Under the pieces are notes generated by a model, which made no database searches, was not told the DNA's origin, and worked only from the letters and a program-made list of their open reading frames with translations. The translations under genes were made by a program, and so were the position numbers. DNA of 63,876 nt, counting the filler, from Choristocarpus tenellus KU-1152 (taxonomy: Eukaryota; Protista; Phaeophyceae): NCBI GenBank assembly GCA_964200185.2. It is 12 parts of 12 records of this genome, joined end to end, with 100 filler letters (N's around TTAATTAATTAA, not from the genome) between each part and the next. Parts side by side here need not be neighbours in the genome. Positions count along the whole stretch, not along the records: positions 1 to 7,756 come from CAXNAD020005634.1; positions 7,857 to 15,427 come from CAXNAD020005946.1; 10 more parts are not named here. One strand, 5' to 3'. Shown here piece by piece: positions 1 through 12,400 of the stretch. Each line of letters opens with the position of its first letter. Position 1 is the stretch's first letter.

Positions 1-238
1 TAGAGCCGCGTCCATTTGGGGGTCAAAATCCAATGTTGCGATTTTGATGCAATGTTTGGTATTGTGTTTGTTAGGAAGTGTCAATATCCATGTTCTGGAC
101 ACACCTTTTCATTACTTAAACTATTCACCTACTCCGAAACATTTTGGAGTACGAAAATGTCATTAAAAACCCCACGGGAAGCCAAGCTCCAAATGGACAA
201 ACAGGTCAAAACTCGTACCCTCTAAGATACTTTCACTC
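1..238 (-). mobile_element. MITE family A copy (truncated by window edge)
   Basis: Ends in TIR ...taccctctaagatactttcactc at 238; interior matches the other ~255-bp family A copies. Confidence 0.9.
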
Positions 239-901
239 ATTGGCATCACCAACCATAAGGTGCTTGTTGAGGGAGTCGGCGCAAATTTCTCACTGTAGTC
301 CAGTCCAGGGATCTGCCTGTTTCTCATGACAAACGGGCTTGTACCCAGCCACTTCTTCCTCCGAATTTACCTTTCTCTTAAAAACTCATTTATTTCACAC
401 CACACAGCAATCCAATTGCCTTTTCGCTTCATCCCAAATCCCAGTCTCCACCAGTTTTGACAACTCCGTCTTCATAGTGTCCTGCCAAAATGGTGCCTCT
501 GGAGACTGCAAAGCTTCCCTTTGAGATCGCGACTGAGGTGGTAAGGTGTTGGCCATTCCACCAGGAAATATCATGGGCATTTTAGCAGTATCATGGACCA
601 ACTCTTGAATAACTAGGGCTTTTGGTAAATGAGTCACTAGTGCTTCGCCTGATGTGCCTTGGTTCCCTCTCCTGATAGCCCTCTGCTGAGCCCTTCTCAA
701 ATGCGCAGATTTTAATGGGTTAGAGATTGGGGTAGAGATATAATCATTGAGCTCACACAGCATTCTACTTCGTGAGATATCACCCGACCCTTTTCCCTCC
801 CGCGGAGACTCATGAGAGTCCTCCCCATGCACAGCCAGCTCACTATCGGTCCCTAACTAATCAAATGACGTCTCGGGTTATCCCAACAACAGGTCAGATT
901 C

Positions 902-1162
902 GAGTGAAAGTATCTTAGAGGGTACGATTTTTGCTCTCTTTGTCCATTTGGGGGCTTGGCTTCCCTTGGGGGTCTTTATGACGTTTTCCTCCTCCAAAAT
1001 GTTTCGGAGTAGGTAAATTGTAGACGTTATGAAAGGGTGTGTCTGGAACAAGGATATCGATGCTTACTAACAAACACAGTAGTCCAAATTACATCAAAAT
1101 CGCAACATTGGATTTTGACCCCCCAAATGGACGCGAATCTACCCTCTAAGATACTCTGGCTC
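902..1162 (+). mobile_element. MITE family A copy
   Basis: gagtgaaagtatcttagagggta ... taccctctaagatactctggctc; flanks attc/agtc (4-bp TSD, 1 mismatch). Confidence 0.92.
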
Positions 1163-1513
1163 AGTCTTCAGCTAAAATCTCCCCGTCATTCTGGGACATT
1201 AAAGGGGGAAATGCATGCCATGTTACAGACCGTCTATCAACAATTGGTTGGACCTCTCACGGAGAACCCGCCAGGAACCCCTTGAGTGATGCTCAGCGAA
1301 CCCCATAAGCAAGCATTTGGATCCTCACCTATCTAGTTTTTGCTTTCGTTTGACCACCCGTATGTATCCCACAGTCCCAAAAAGCTTAGCAAGTTTTGTA
1401 CCTTAACCAGTTCACCATGCCAGAGGTCGTATGAAGAAATTCAATCCTAAGTGGCCTGAGTGCACACATATTGCTGACATTGCAAGCATGATTCTGAGCT
1501 TCAGCCCACCAAT

Positions 1514-1613
1514 ACTTCCTAACAAACACGATAGCCAAAATTACATCAGAATCGCAACATTGGATTTTGATCCCCAAATGGTCGCGGCTCTACCCTCTAA
1601 GATACTTTCGCCC
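1514..1613 (+). mobile_element. MITE family A, right half only
   Basis: Matches the 3' ~100 bp of family A and ends taccctctaagatactttcgccc. Confidence 0.85.
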
Positions 1614-2636
1614 ATTGCCATTGCTTTCTCAGCAATCAGCCCCAACACTTGTTCTGCTACACCATTGTTCTCCGAGGTAAAAGCACCAGTAAACTCCCAA
1701 CTTATGTCATGCTTCCTCATTGCTGCTTGGAAAGCTGCACGCACGAGTTCTCCTCCCTCATTACTTCAAATACAGCCAATGTGCATTCATCTCAGTGCAG
1801 CCACGTCCGAGATGAAATCTGCCAGTGCATCTGCTGAACCATCCTTTTTGGCCAGGAATCGCATCTATTTCATCTTGGTGCAGTCATCGGCGAAGATCAT
1901 GGAACGATAGCATCGCCCAAGGCTACACACCGGCTTAGGTCCATTCAAATCAGTGGATACCGTCTCAAGTTTCCTGGTTGGCCGAGATTCCGCACTTCAT
2001 GGCACTGGAGCATGGTGAGCTTTGATCTGTGAATATCCAACACAGTTCCCAAGTTCCAATGAAACAACTCCATTGGCTGTTGTAGTCTTACATGTCATCT
2101 GTCCATATGAGGATGGCCAAGGCGTCGGTGAAATTCATTGATGTCAATCCGGATCTTCGATGTGACCATTAATCCAATTGAGGTTTCTCGAGGCAGAACC
2201 CTATACATGTAGCCTGTGTAGAAGCCAGTCACCACTGGTATCATGAGATCATCCAGGACATTTTTTCCCTCAGTTGTCAACGCATCAGACTCAACAATAT
2301 TGCGTCCCCCTAATGTCTCACAGATGGTTCGATTCAAACTGAACATAGGTTGTATGCTGGTGTGGGCACTACTACATCAACCTTCTTCATGGTCAAACTG
2401 TAGCCCACTTCTTCTTCTGCTGATGTCAGCACCATCTCCATCCAGCCCCATCCAGCCGCATCGTGTTCGTTTCCATCTCTGACAAGCACCTGGTCTCCTT
2501 TGACATTTTCCCTCCAACCTCGTACACCAGCAAAAGATTGGTCATGAGACTACTTGATCCAGTGTTGAAAATCTGTTCTTCAGCACCTGTTGATCTCCCC
2601 ACGTCACAGCTTATCTTATTGGTCACTTCTAATGCT

Positions 2637-2890
2637 GAGTGAAAGCATCTTAGAAGTTACGAGTTTTTCCCTCTCTGTCTATTTGGGGCTTGGGTTCCCA
2701 CTGGTTTTTAATGACATTCTACCTACTCCAAAATGTTTCGGAGTAGTTAAAACGTATACATTATGAAAAGGTGTGTCCGGAACAAGGATATTGACTTCTC
2801 CTAACAAAGATGATAGCCTAATTTACAAATTGCAACATTGGATTTTGGTTCCCAGATGGACGTGGCTCTACCTCTAAAATACTTTGACTC
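2637..2890 (+). mobile_element. MITE family A copy
   Basis: Both TIRs present; 3-bp TSD gct/gct; inserted between copia gag and protease. Confidence 0.92.
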
Positions 2891-3372
2891 GCTCCTCCCC
2901 AACATCGGTGTCTCATGCCAACATTTGTACCACGCAAAGCACGATCTTCAGTGCTCTCGCTTCCATCGGCACCATCATTGTCACCTCCATTTCTAGCACC
3001 TCCACCAGCAGTACGGCCACAATCCCCTGTGCCCCTTTGTTGTTCACGGCATGTTGCTGCCAAATGGCCCATCTTCCCACAGATGTCGGATTTCTTGTGC
3101 TTGGTGGGACATTTATTGCTGTAGTGTCCCTTCTTGCCACAGGCATAGTATATTATCCACTCCGACCACGGTACCACATTCCACCTCCTGATTGTCAAAG
3201 TTGCTGCCGTTCTCCCCTGATGAACATCTTTCTCGTTCTTCAATTGGTAAAACCTGTTCATAAGTCCCTGTTCCAACTCCATACTTATGAGAGTAGTTGC
3301 CCTCATGAGCACCATTCAACGTTCCAGCTCATACTCCTCTGGTGATCATCCCAGAATGGTGACATTTACTTC

Positions 3373-3683
3373 GAGTCAAAGTATCTGAGAGGGTAGAGCT
3401 TCGTCCATTCGGGGATCAAAATTCAATGTTGAGTCAAAGTATCTGAGAGGGTATAGTCCATTTGGGGGGCAAAATCCAATGTTGCAATTTTGATGTAATT
3501 TTGACTATCGTGTTTGTTAGGAACTGTCAATATCCATGTTTCGGACACACCTTTTCATGACATACACATTTTACCTACTCCGAAACATTTTGGAGTGGGA
3601 AATTGTACTAAAGAAGCCCATGGGAAGCCAAGCCCAAATGGACAGGCAGGGCAAAACTCGTACCCTCTAAGATACTTTCACTC
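3373..3683 (-). mobile_element. MITE family A copy (3431-3683) nested in a truncated family A copy (3373-3430)
   Basis: Two gagtcaaagtatctgagagggta starts at 3373 and 3431; the inner copy is flanked by tgtt/tgct. Confidence 0.85.
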
Positions 3684-3749
3684 TGCTTTGATCCTTGGAT
3701 ATTTTGCCTGAGTAAGACCAGAGCATGTAGATGGGTAAAACCCTCCCTT

Positions 3750-5620
3750 GTTATGTGAAAGCAATAGGTATGGGCGAGGTAGTTTGAAATTGAAGGGCTG
3801 CATTGTGTTGGTGGATCAGATAACAACGGTGAGATCTAGAGAAAATATCCTGTCACAATGGAGGCTAGGAAAAAGCAAGTCTAACCTGCATGAGAATGAG
3901 ACTACTTCCAGTGGAAACACATAACTGGGGCTGACGGTAACCTTTTTTAATGTCCATATCATGACCATAAATAGTAAGAATAGAATGTGGCATGTGACCG
4001 TACTGGTGAAATGGGCTTTGGTCTTCTGAATGTTATGTGATTGAACTTCAAGAGACAATGCGAGGTGGAAAACCTAGCATTGAACTAAGAGGCTGGTTCT
4101 AAAGCAAGCTACCCATTCGGGAGGGGATGATAAAGGTCTGGTTACGGATGAAAGGAAGCTCAACTGCGGTTGCTCTCATTGTGGGACATGCCCCAATGGA
4201 GGAAGCCCAAGAGGCAGTGAAGCATGCTCTTGAGGAGAAAATGCACACCATGTGCCACAAATCCCTGGCAAGGAAAATTTTTTTCTCCCTTTTGGAAGTG
4301 AATGCTCACACTGGAAGGAGAGCTGAGGGTGGTGGGGATCACAGCACCTGGGTAGTTCAGGCAAATGGGCGTTTGTCTCGAACAACAATAACAATGAGCG
4401 GCTGTTGATGTTTGAAGAGGTGAATAGACTAGCCCTTGCCAATGCATTCTTCAGTATTCCAGAGGGAAAAGGGTCCAACATGTGTGTATTGGGGTAAGCA
4501 GGGGGAGAAGGGGTACCTTTGCCTTGATCATGTTATCATACACCAGATTCGTCATCATCTTGTGCACAACATGAGGGTACACTTAATACTACCAACACAA
4601 CCACATGGATGATGGAGAGCATATAGATTGGTTTTGAGTTCAGGTAAGGCCTCGTTTTGCACGGTAGTGCTAAGCTTTGCAGGTAAACCATCACTAGGCC
4701 ATCTCAAAGGACCATATCGTCATCAAGAGAGTCGTGACAAACAACCAGGTCAAAGTAGGAGTGGCGACAGGGAGTAGGGCAGAACTTGAATGTCGCTTGT
4801 GGAGTATGCTCTATGCTAACCAAGTGGGTTTGGTTCTAAGGCTCAAGGAAATTTGGCCAGGATGATGACGGTGATTGTGAAGATAACAAGGTCATCTGGG
4901 CTGACATGTTGAAGTTGGAAATGGGGACCATGTGCCTTTGACCTCCAAACAACGCTGCAAACACCATGCAGATCCAGACTTTGTGCCAGAGCTACAAGCA
5001 GACTGACAAGTCTGTTTACCTTGGAGGAGCCATCAATGTGGAAGCTACTATTACTGCCCAAGTTAATAAGTCGACAGGTTAAAAACGGCTACAGCTTGTT
5101 TCCGTCACTTCAGTCATGTGCTTCACAACAGAACCACAGGTAGGTAAATGTATCATATGAGGTCAAGACCCAACTGCTCACGGCTGAAGTACTTGAGGTC
5201 CCGATATACGGTTGTGTGATATCACACATTGTCTTTCAAGACGCCCTCCACATGAACCCTGAGTGTAACAGATCAAGGCAGCCGTGTGAAGACAAAGGCT
5301 CCTGTTGCCGGGTCAGTTGCAAGCATAGAGGATGATGATTTCCCAAAATCGTTTATGTTTGCAGAACTTGCAGACAAAACTCGGAAGCTGTGCAGGAGAA
5401 GAACTAGCAGATGTTGCAGAAGACGACCTTGAGAACTTTGGGATCACGATTGAAGGATGGAGTGCAAGAAGGGCAATAAACCAACACAAGTGATACAACT
5501 GTGTGGTTGACAGAACAAAGATCTTTATTGAAGGGCGGCATGTCAGGGAAGCTGTGATGTCTCAAGTACACCACACCAAAATAGCATCTAAGTCAGCCAA
5601 AGTAGATAAGCCGTTGCCTG
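3750..5620 (+). mobile_element. Degenerate LINE (RTE-like ORF2: APE endonuclease and C-terminal region; RT core largely deleted)
   Basis: VALIVGHAPMEE...LLEVNAHTGRR, NNERLL..LALANAFFS and LDHVII (APE motifs, 4170-4560); SVYLGGAI (~5010); VAEDDLENFGI..GW (~5420). Boundaries approximate. Confidence 0.75.
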
Positions 5621-7514
5621 TCTCCTTGTCTCTGTCGTTTCATGTGGATTTGTTTGCGCGGTATGTGATGAGTGGTGTTCAGATTGGATGTTCCTGGTGC
5701 GAAAAACATCTATTCTATTTCCTCCCCCTTTTCCCTTTAGGGCTGGAGATTTTGATGATGTTACAGGGTCTCATCTGAGCTCTGGGGCCTAGTGCGTCAT
5801 GCCAGGGTTTTCTTGGTTGCTTTTCTCATCTACAGCAGGGAGTTTTGATCATTTTTCTCCCTTCCTTTCTTCTTTTTGTAGCAATAGAAGCTCTAAAAAA
5901 TATAATTACTGTTCATTTTTGATGTTACTGCTTTCCCCTGCCTACAGTTTCGTTATGGGCTTGGAACTCCTCAGACAAATAATAATAAAAACAAAAAATA
6001 ATAGTCTCTTAAGAGTCGTCTCTTAAGAGTGTGTACTGTTCTACAGCATCCAAAGCAAAATACACAGCGGTATCAAGAATAAACTAAGGAATCCCTATCC
6101 CACTAGGGAAAAAAGATGCATGAGTCGATACCTGTAGAAGGGTTGTATACCCTACAGTTACCGTGAGAAATGAGAGGTGGAGAGGTTGTATCAGAGTCCC
6201 AATAGATTCTGAGAACGCATTAATACCAAACTGGCTTTAACACCCTTGGTGTCAGTAGGCTAGAGTATTGCCCATCACCAGGCAGTCATTTGTCTTTGGA
6301 AGGACACAATCCTACAAAAAAAGCTCAAATTGTCTGTTGCTACATAATTGCATCAAGAAGCATTACACATTGTTCGACCGCAGATACAAACAAAAATAGC
6401 CCCAACAGCACACCCTGCGGAGAATAAAATGCTAAACACCCAACACAAGAGTTGAACAAAAGCAGCAGATCAGTGCATCCCCAGCACACCTCCTCATCTC
6501 CCTCCCTGCACGAAAATGCACACTATTAAATGTGTAGTAGTAGGAAAGAGCTAGCTCTAAACAAAGGACTTCACCGATATCTTCCTGGATTAGGGTGGGA
6601 GGCCGGAAAGGGAAAGACCCACACGCACAAAAAACGACACAGAAAGCACATAACTCATCCAGCATTCAATCAGTCAAGCCACAACGGCATCGGGCACAGG
6701 AGAGGAGCACGACACCCCCCCAACAACAAACGGAGTCCCATCGAAAACCGGAACACCTGACCCATCTGTTCGCATTTTAGGCGCACACTTTTCCAGGAGC
6801 TGCACAGAGGACAGAGCACACCACGTAACAACCACGAAGTGAAGAGGAGGGAGAAACGGGTTAATGGCAGGTGATGGAGACAGAAAGAGGTACATATCAT
6901 ACACAGAAAAAAGGTACACAAAGAGTCAAAGTTACCAAGAAGGGGCGGGAGGTGTCTTGGTCGTTTTAAGGGTGTTTTCCAACTTCGTCCTCAAAGAAAA
7001 TGAAGACATTAAAAAAAGGGGTGGGGGTGCGTGCCAATAGGAACACCTCGCTCCCACCATCTGATTGGTTGGGTTCACAGAGCAGTCAAGTGCACTCTAC
7101 AGCTGTGGATTGTGTGCTCCAAAAGTATGTATGTGCGCGTTATCCGAATTTCAAGCAAGAATTGCAAGAGTTGTGTATGGCTGTATGCCTACCAATCAGT
7201 CCCTTCTGCCATTCTATATTATTATTATGATTTTTTCTGACATGTGACAACATTCCCAGATCATATATGAAGCAATGCCACCGTCATGTGTGGGTTTTTT
7301 GTTAAGTGGAGCTGTCTTATTCGTCTAGACCGTTTCATCTAGGAGTGCACCCCCCCCTCTCAGTTAATTTGCCCTGAAGTTCACACACAACTTGCAAGAG
7401 AGCTGTGCATGCAAACTTCAGATGCCCCATAGTACTGCTTTAACTTCTCCCCATCCAACTTCAAAACCCAATCTGCTTCTATCGAACACTTCCACCCTTC
7501 CCCCCTTCACCGTA

Positions 7515-7582
7515 CCACCCCCCCACCCCCACCCCCACCCCCACCCCCACCCCCACCCCCACCCCCACCCCCACCCCCCACC
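7515..7582. repeat. (CCCCCA)n microsatellite
   Basis: About 11 units seen directly. Confidence 0.95.
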
Positions 7583-7756
7583 CTCCTCAATCAAATAAAT
7601 CCCTTCACTTATCTCTACTGACCTTTTTCTTGCCCAATTGCGAGGCTGATGCTGGTTCCCCCTCAGTACCTGAAACCACAACCCTAGATCCAACTGGCAC
7701 GTCAGGGGGTGGCTCCACCAACTTGACCACCGTGTGGTCAGAGTTCGAAGCACAAA

Positions 7757-7856
7757 NNNNNNNNNNNNNNNNNNNNNNNNNNNNNNNNNNNNNNNNNNNN
7801 TTAATTAATTAANNNNNNNNNNNNNNNNNNNNNNNNNNNNNNNNNNNNNNNNNNNN
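7757..7856. other. Artificial contig linker N44-TTAATTAATTAA-N44 (also 15428-15527, 18548-18647, 31851-31950, 37483-37582, 42552-42651, 47300-47399, 50105-50204, 54670-54769, 57384-57483, 61227-61326)
   Basis: Identical 100-bp spacer with an all-frame stop core, 11 times. Confidence 0.98.
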
Positions 7857-7921
7857 AAAGTGAAAATCGAAAAAAGGGTGAAAAACGGACGCCGACACCC
7901 CCCCCCAAGATACTTTGACCC
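7857..7921 (+). mobile_element. Right end of a family A-related TIR element (GGGTCAAAGTATCTTGGGG terminus)
   Basis: ...ggacgccgacacccccccccaagatactttgaccc; similar ends at 42512-42551 and 57484-57555. Confidence 0.7.
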
Positions 7922-9442
7922 CATAACCGTGTATTGATACAATGTAGAGGGGGGCCAGGTCCCAGTTTGTATCTTCGTCAAGCTCAACACCTTGATGTCA
8001 CTAGTCCTGCAGATGCTAGGGACGCAAGGGGTGAGGTTGATGATGCTATAGATAAGGTGGGATTTGCTCAACTTAAAGTTGGACATGCTCCAGATGCAAC
8101 TCATGGTTCTTGACCTACTGGTATTGGTGTACAGGGTAGTGCTCATCATTCGTCTTCTCATGAAGGTTTGTCTGGACTTTCCTATTTTCATATATTTTCT
8201 TGTGAACCTGCAACATACTCACAGTGCTCCAAGCACTCCGGAGGCTAAGCAATACCTGTTTCTAGGATATGTCACCTCCCTACCCCTTCAATTCTCGACT
8301 CTGGTAGAAGTAGATGCGAGTCAGGTGCTGATACCTTGTTTTGCATTTCATCTTCTATTCATCTTGGGGCCACCAGTTTGGCTGGGAGGGGTGAAGGTGG
8401 TCCTAGTAGTGTTGTGGGTTCTGTCTCACCACATTCTGTTGGATGATCCAGGAGTGGATGAAGGGGAGTAGGAATTTACATAATGCTCTCCTGAGCTTCA
8501 GTTTCCAAGTGTTCTGATGATCCTTTGCATTTGCCCCATTTTGCGTTATTACCCTGTACTACTCTGGTCCCGTCAGGTACTTTACAGAGGATAAATACCC
8601 CAGGGTTTTACTTCAGGAATGACAAGGGATAACATAGTTATCTTCGGTGACAAAAGCTGTACAGTCACAACCTCCACTTGCCAGTACCTTTCCACTAGAC
8701 TTCAGGAGATTGGGCACACACAGAAAAGAGGGAGAGAGGAGACTTACTTGTGCAGGCAACTTAAAGCAATGACTCTGACTCGAAACCACAAGCTAGAGAG
8801 CTCAAATTGGCCTACATCTATCATCCTTCTGCATCCATTTTTTTATATTTTCTGCATATGACACTCAAACACCAAAATCCATACAGCTGCTTGGAAATGG
8901 TTGACATGTGTTGTTATGGGGTATACGTATTCCTGCACATGAGCAAATGTGAAAGACAACACAAGCATTTAAGTTGAAGCCAATATTGCAGTAGTACGAG
9001 GTTTGCACCTGCTTTGAAAAGAGTAGCACAATCAGAAATGGAGGACATCAATATAGTGGCTGTGGCAATCGGGAGTTGAAATCGGAGGTATGAAAATGAT
9101 ACTGTGTAGTACTCAGTATCATGTCTGTAGGTATCCCAGCCCATTCCTTCTTGGCATTGTTGCAAACCATTTGTACATCATCAGGCTGATTCCTAAAGTT
9201 GAAAAATACAAATCGAGAAACGAATCTCACAAATTCAAGAAAATACGTCATCTATTCACGAAAGATTAAACAGGAGAGGTTATCCCCAACTGGACTGAAT
9301 GTACTTCCAACATCAAATATCTCTATACCGCAGACATGCACTTTTGTTACACCTGATGAAGGACAACTACTTCAAACTAGAAAGGGGCAGCAAGGTAAGA
9401 ATGCCCCACTCTCCAAGCCTCCAAAAAATAGAAACAGATGGA

Positions 9443-12400
9443 TCACCTATTTGACCCACCCCGGCCCCCTTGCTGCAAAATTCTCTCCTCTCTAATCAAT
9501 GCTGCGCGCTTCATCCTTAACTCTTTCTTCAATGCATATGCTTTAGCCTGTGACAGACCAGGAGCACTTGCAGCCATCTCAAGTGCCTCTGCTTCCGCTC
9601 TGAGGGAAGATAATAGGGCCTGGGTCTCTTCCCCTTTCCCTTTCACCTCATCCACTGTGACATCAACTACCTCTGGGGCAGAGAAGTTAGACAAGGTAGG
9701 GGCTCTTTTATCCCATCCATCGAATTGTCCTGTAACCTCAGTGGAGGTGCTCATGGCAACGGCAGTAGCTTTACCACAGTCCTCAGAACGTGGTTGAGAG
9801 GGCAAGGCTGTTGGGATGACCAATGTCCTGGGCCTGTGTCCTGGTGGGAGACGATCTCTGAGGTATTGAAGGGTAGCTGTCGTTCCTCTCTCCAACAAAG
9901 CGGCACCTAGCTGCCTCTGGGGGTTTCCAGCAAGTAGGAGTGTTTCCAAGGCTGAAATTGAGTGCCACAGTGTGTAGGATAGGGAAAGTGTAAGAACAAG
10001 TGGGATTGAAAAAAACCCGTCAGTGACTTAAAACCATAATTCAAGTGCATGGTCCTATTTGACGTCCAATTCAAGCATTTTGTGGCAGATTATCCCACAA
10101 GTCATTCCAGCCACACACCTCCTAAGACAATTGGAATGCAGAGTAGGTATCATGCTACGGTGAGCAACGAATGTGATCGATCAGGTATGTACCTCTGTTT
10201 AGATGCACGTTTGGTACACTGGTAGACCCTAGTGCCTGGAAATACACATCACAAGTACGATACTAGTTCAAAACAAAATAACGAAAGGAACAATTAGATT
10301 TTCTGACAAAAATCAGAACCATATCTCCAAGTCTAATAATACAAGCAAATAGATACTCCAAAAGAAGAAGCAACATCACAGGCGACAAACAGTGGACAGT
10401 AAAAAGAATTGTACAAGAATATTGGCTACTGAAGAATACAGTCATTGGCATCTATGTCCTGTCCACTTCAAAAAAAGGTATTCAATACAAGGCAGAGGGC
10501 ATTTGAGTATCACTCATTTGGGCATGGAGCAACAACAACAATTACCAGCAGCTAAGGAGAAAGCCAAGTCTGATTCATACCCAAGAAAATGACCTCATGC
10601 ATCAAAAACAATAAAAAACAAAAGAGTATAAAAGATGGAGCAGGGATATACTTGAATCAAGTATCATGCACGGATCAATTCAAAAGATGATCAATTCAAA
10701 AGATTAAACCTGTGTCCATAAACTGAGTAATCTGAGAACATGTTTGCCTACATGGTGAATGCTACTCCTCTCTTTCCCTCAATACGAATGACACAATCAA
10801 AATATTTGGACCAAAAAACTCCCCCATTAGAGTGGTGCACTACCTCCAATGGATTGCTACCAATTCAATGCCTACTAACACCATCCAAGAAAATACACAC
10901 GCAAAGAATCACTTCAAGATAAAGGGCGGTATGTCTCACAAGTGCAAAGACCAAGCTCAGGTGGTACAACCAAAATCTCATTGTTTTCCACGTTGAGCCG
11001 TCTCAGCCAGGTCATTCCAGTCACATCTCCCAACACTCGGAGTTGATTGGCGGAAAGGTCCAGGGTCTCAAGAGCAGAAAGAGACATCCATGGCAGCCCA
11101 GAGATTTCTGACAGAGAATTGTAAGCCAGGACAAGTGTCTGCAAAAAAAAGGTAAAGAAATCAAGACACAATTGTAAAAGCATTCATCAGAGGATGGACC
11201 AGAAATAATGCTAGTATTGCACTGACAGCATGCTTTTCGTTTTCATACAGGCGTTTAGTAACAGCAGGAAAATCTCAACAATGGCTGTGCCTGGAGGATA
11301 GGGGTAAAATCATAAATGCAAAATGTTAAAGGGCACTAAGTCTTTCACTAAATAACATAAATTACATAAATTACATCTCCTTGCTCGTCGATTTCGGTGC
11401 CTTCTGCTGTTACAACTCAGAATCATCACCATTGTTATCATCACCATCACTACTACAACAGGAAAATTCCGAACAGGACCTTTCTGCTATCTTTAATCGG
11501 ACGGGGAACAAAAAAAAAAAAATCTCAACACCAGAGACAGGCGTCTACGATAATCTCATCAAATTGTTCAAATTATTTCCCTACAAGATGGATATTTTCT
11601 AGTGATCTCTTGCCCATCTCCAAAAAATAAAAATAAAGAACAGATGTTGAAACAACTCAAAACAAGTACCAACCTGATCTCTACCGCTTGGTGAACCCAA
11701 GGTTTCTCAATACGTTATGTGGTACTCTTATTCACAAAAATGCTGCGAAGCCTGTCTCTTGGAGAAGGTCACCTACTGGTGTATCCATGGGGGGTAAATA
11801 ATGGAATACGAATATCTCCATGGTGGGAGCAGAGTATCTCCTGGTTCTGGGTTACATTATAGGTACTGTACTTAATGAAAACACATCATTAATACAATGG
11901 GCCTTATCTCCTACCTTCATAAACTAAAACATTATAGGTACCGTACTTAATGAAAACACATCATTAATAAAATGGGCCTTATCTCCTACCTTCATAAACT
12001 AAAACAAGTAGACCTACTGCGGTTGTCCCTTCCAATGGTGGGTGACAAAGGCTAGCACAGAGAAGAAATACATCACCCCCTTGGAGGTCACCTCATCTCT
12101 TGAACACGCACAATAACTCCAAGATAAGTATCGCCCAAAGTACTCTTATGTATCTCCAGCCAAGTGCCTTGTATCAGATCACTCCAGGAGCTAGGACGAA
12201 CACAGGCCAGAGCATACATGCCATGCACTCTATATAACATAGGACCACCCACCATCAGTCACAAATTAAACAGCCAATTAGGGAATCAAGGACAAGAAGA
12301 AAAAAAATGAAAAGAGTCCGGCATTCAAAAGCTTGATAAGAAATAAGATTGCCCTATCCTCTTGCCTGAAGCCTAGAGCATGCAAATATCGCCTCTGGCA

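Larger units (their letters stand above)
240..3370 (-). mobile_element. Degenerate Ty1/copia LTR retrotransposon (gag-pol), interrupted by MITEs
   Basis: Minus-strand fragments in copia order: two zinc knuckles (YACGKKGHYSNKC, ICGKMGHLAATC, ~3050-3150), protease-like FNTGSSSLMT (~2560), pre-integrase HRRLGHP (~2120), integrase NGVAEQ (~1660), RT start PQSRSQREALQSPEAPFWQDTMKTEL (~450-540). Many stops and frameshifts. Confidence 0.85.

Noticed and set aside
902-1162. MITE family A as an Introner (intron-generating element)
   Set aside because: There is no terminal AG acceptor and no copy forms an intron in the genes found.
7960-8500. Possible gag zinc-knuckle remnant
   Set aside because: It is too degraded to assign.
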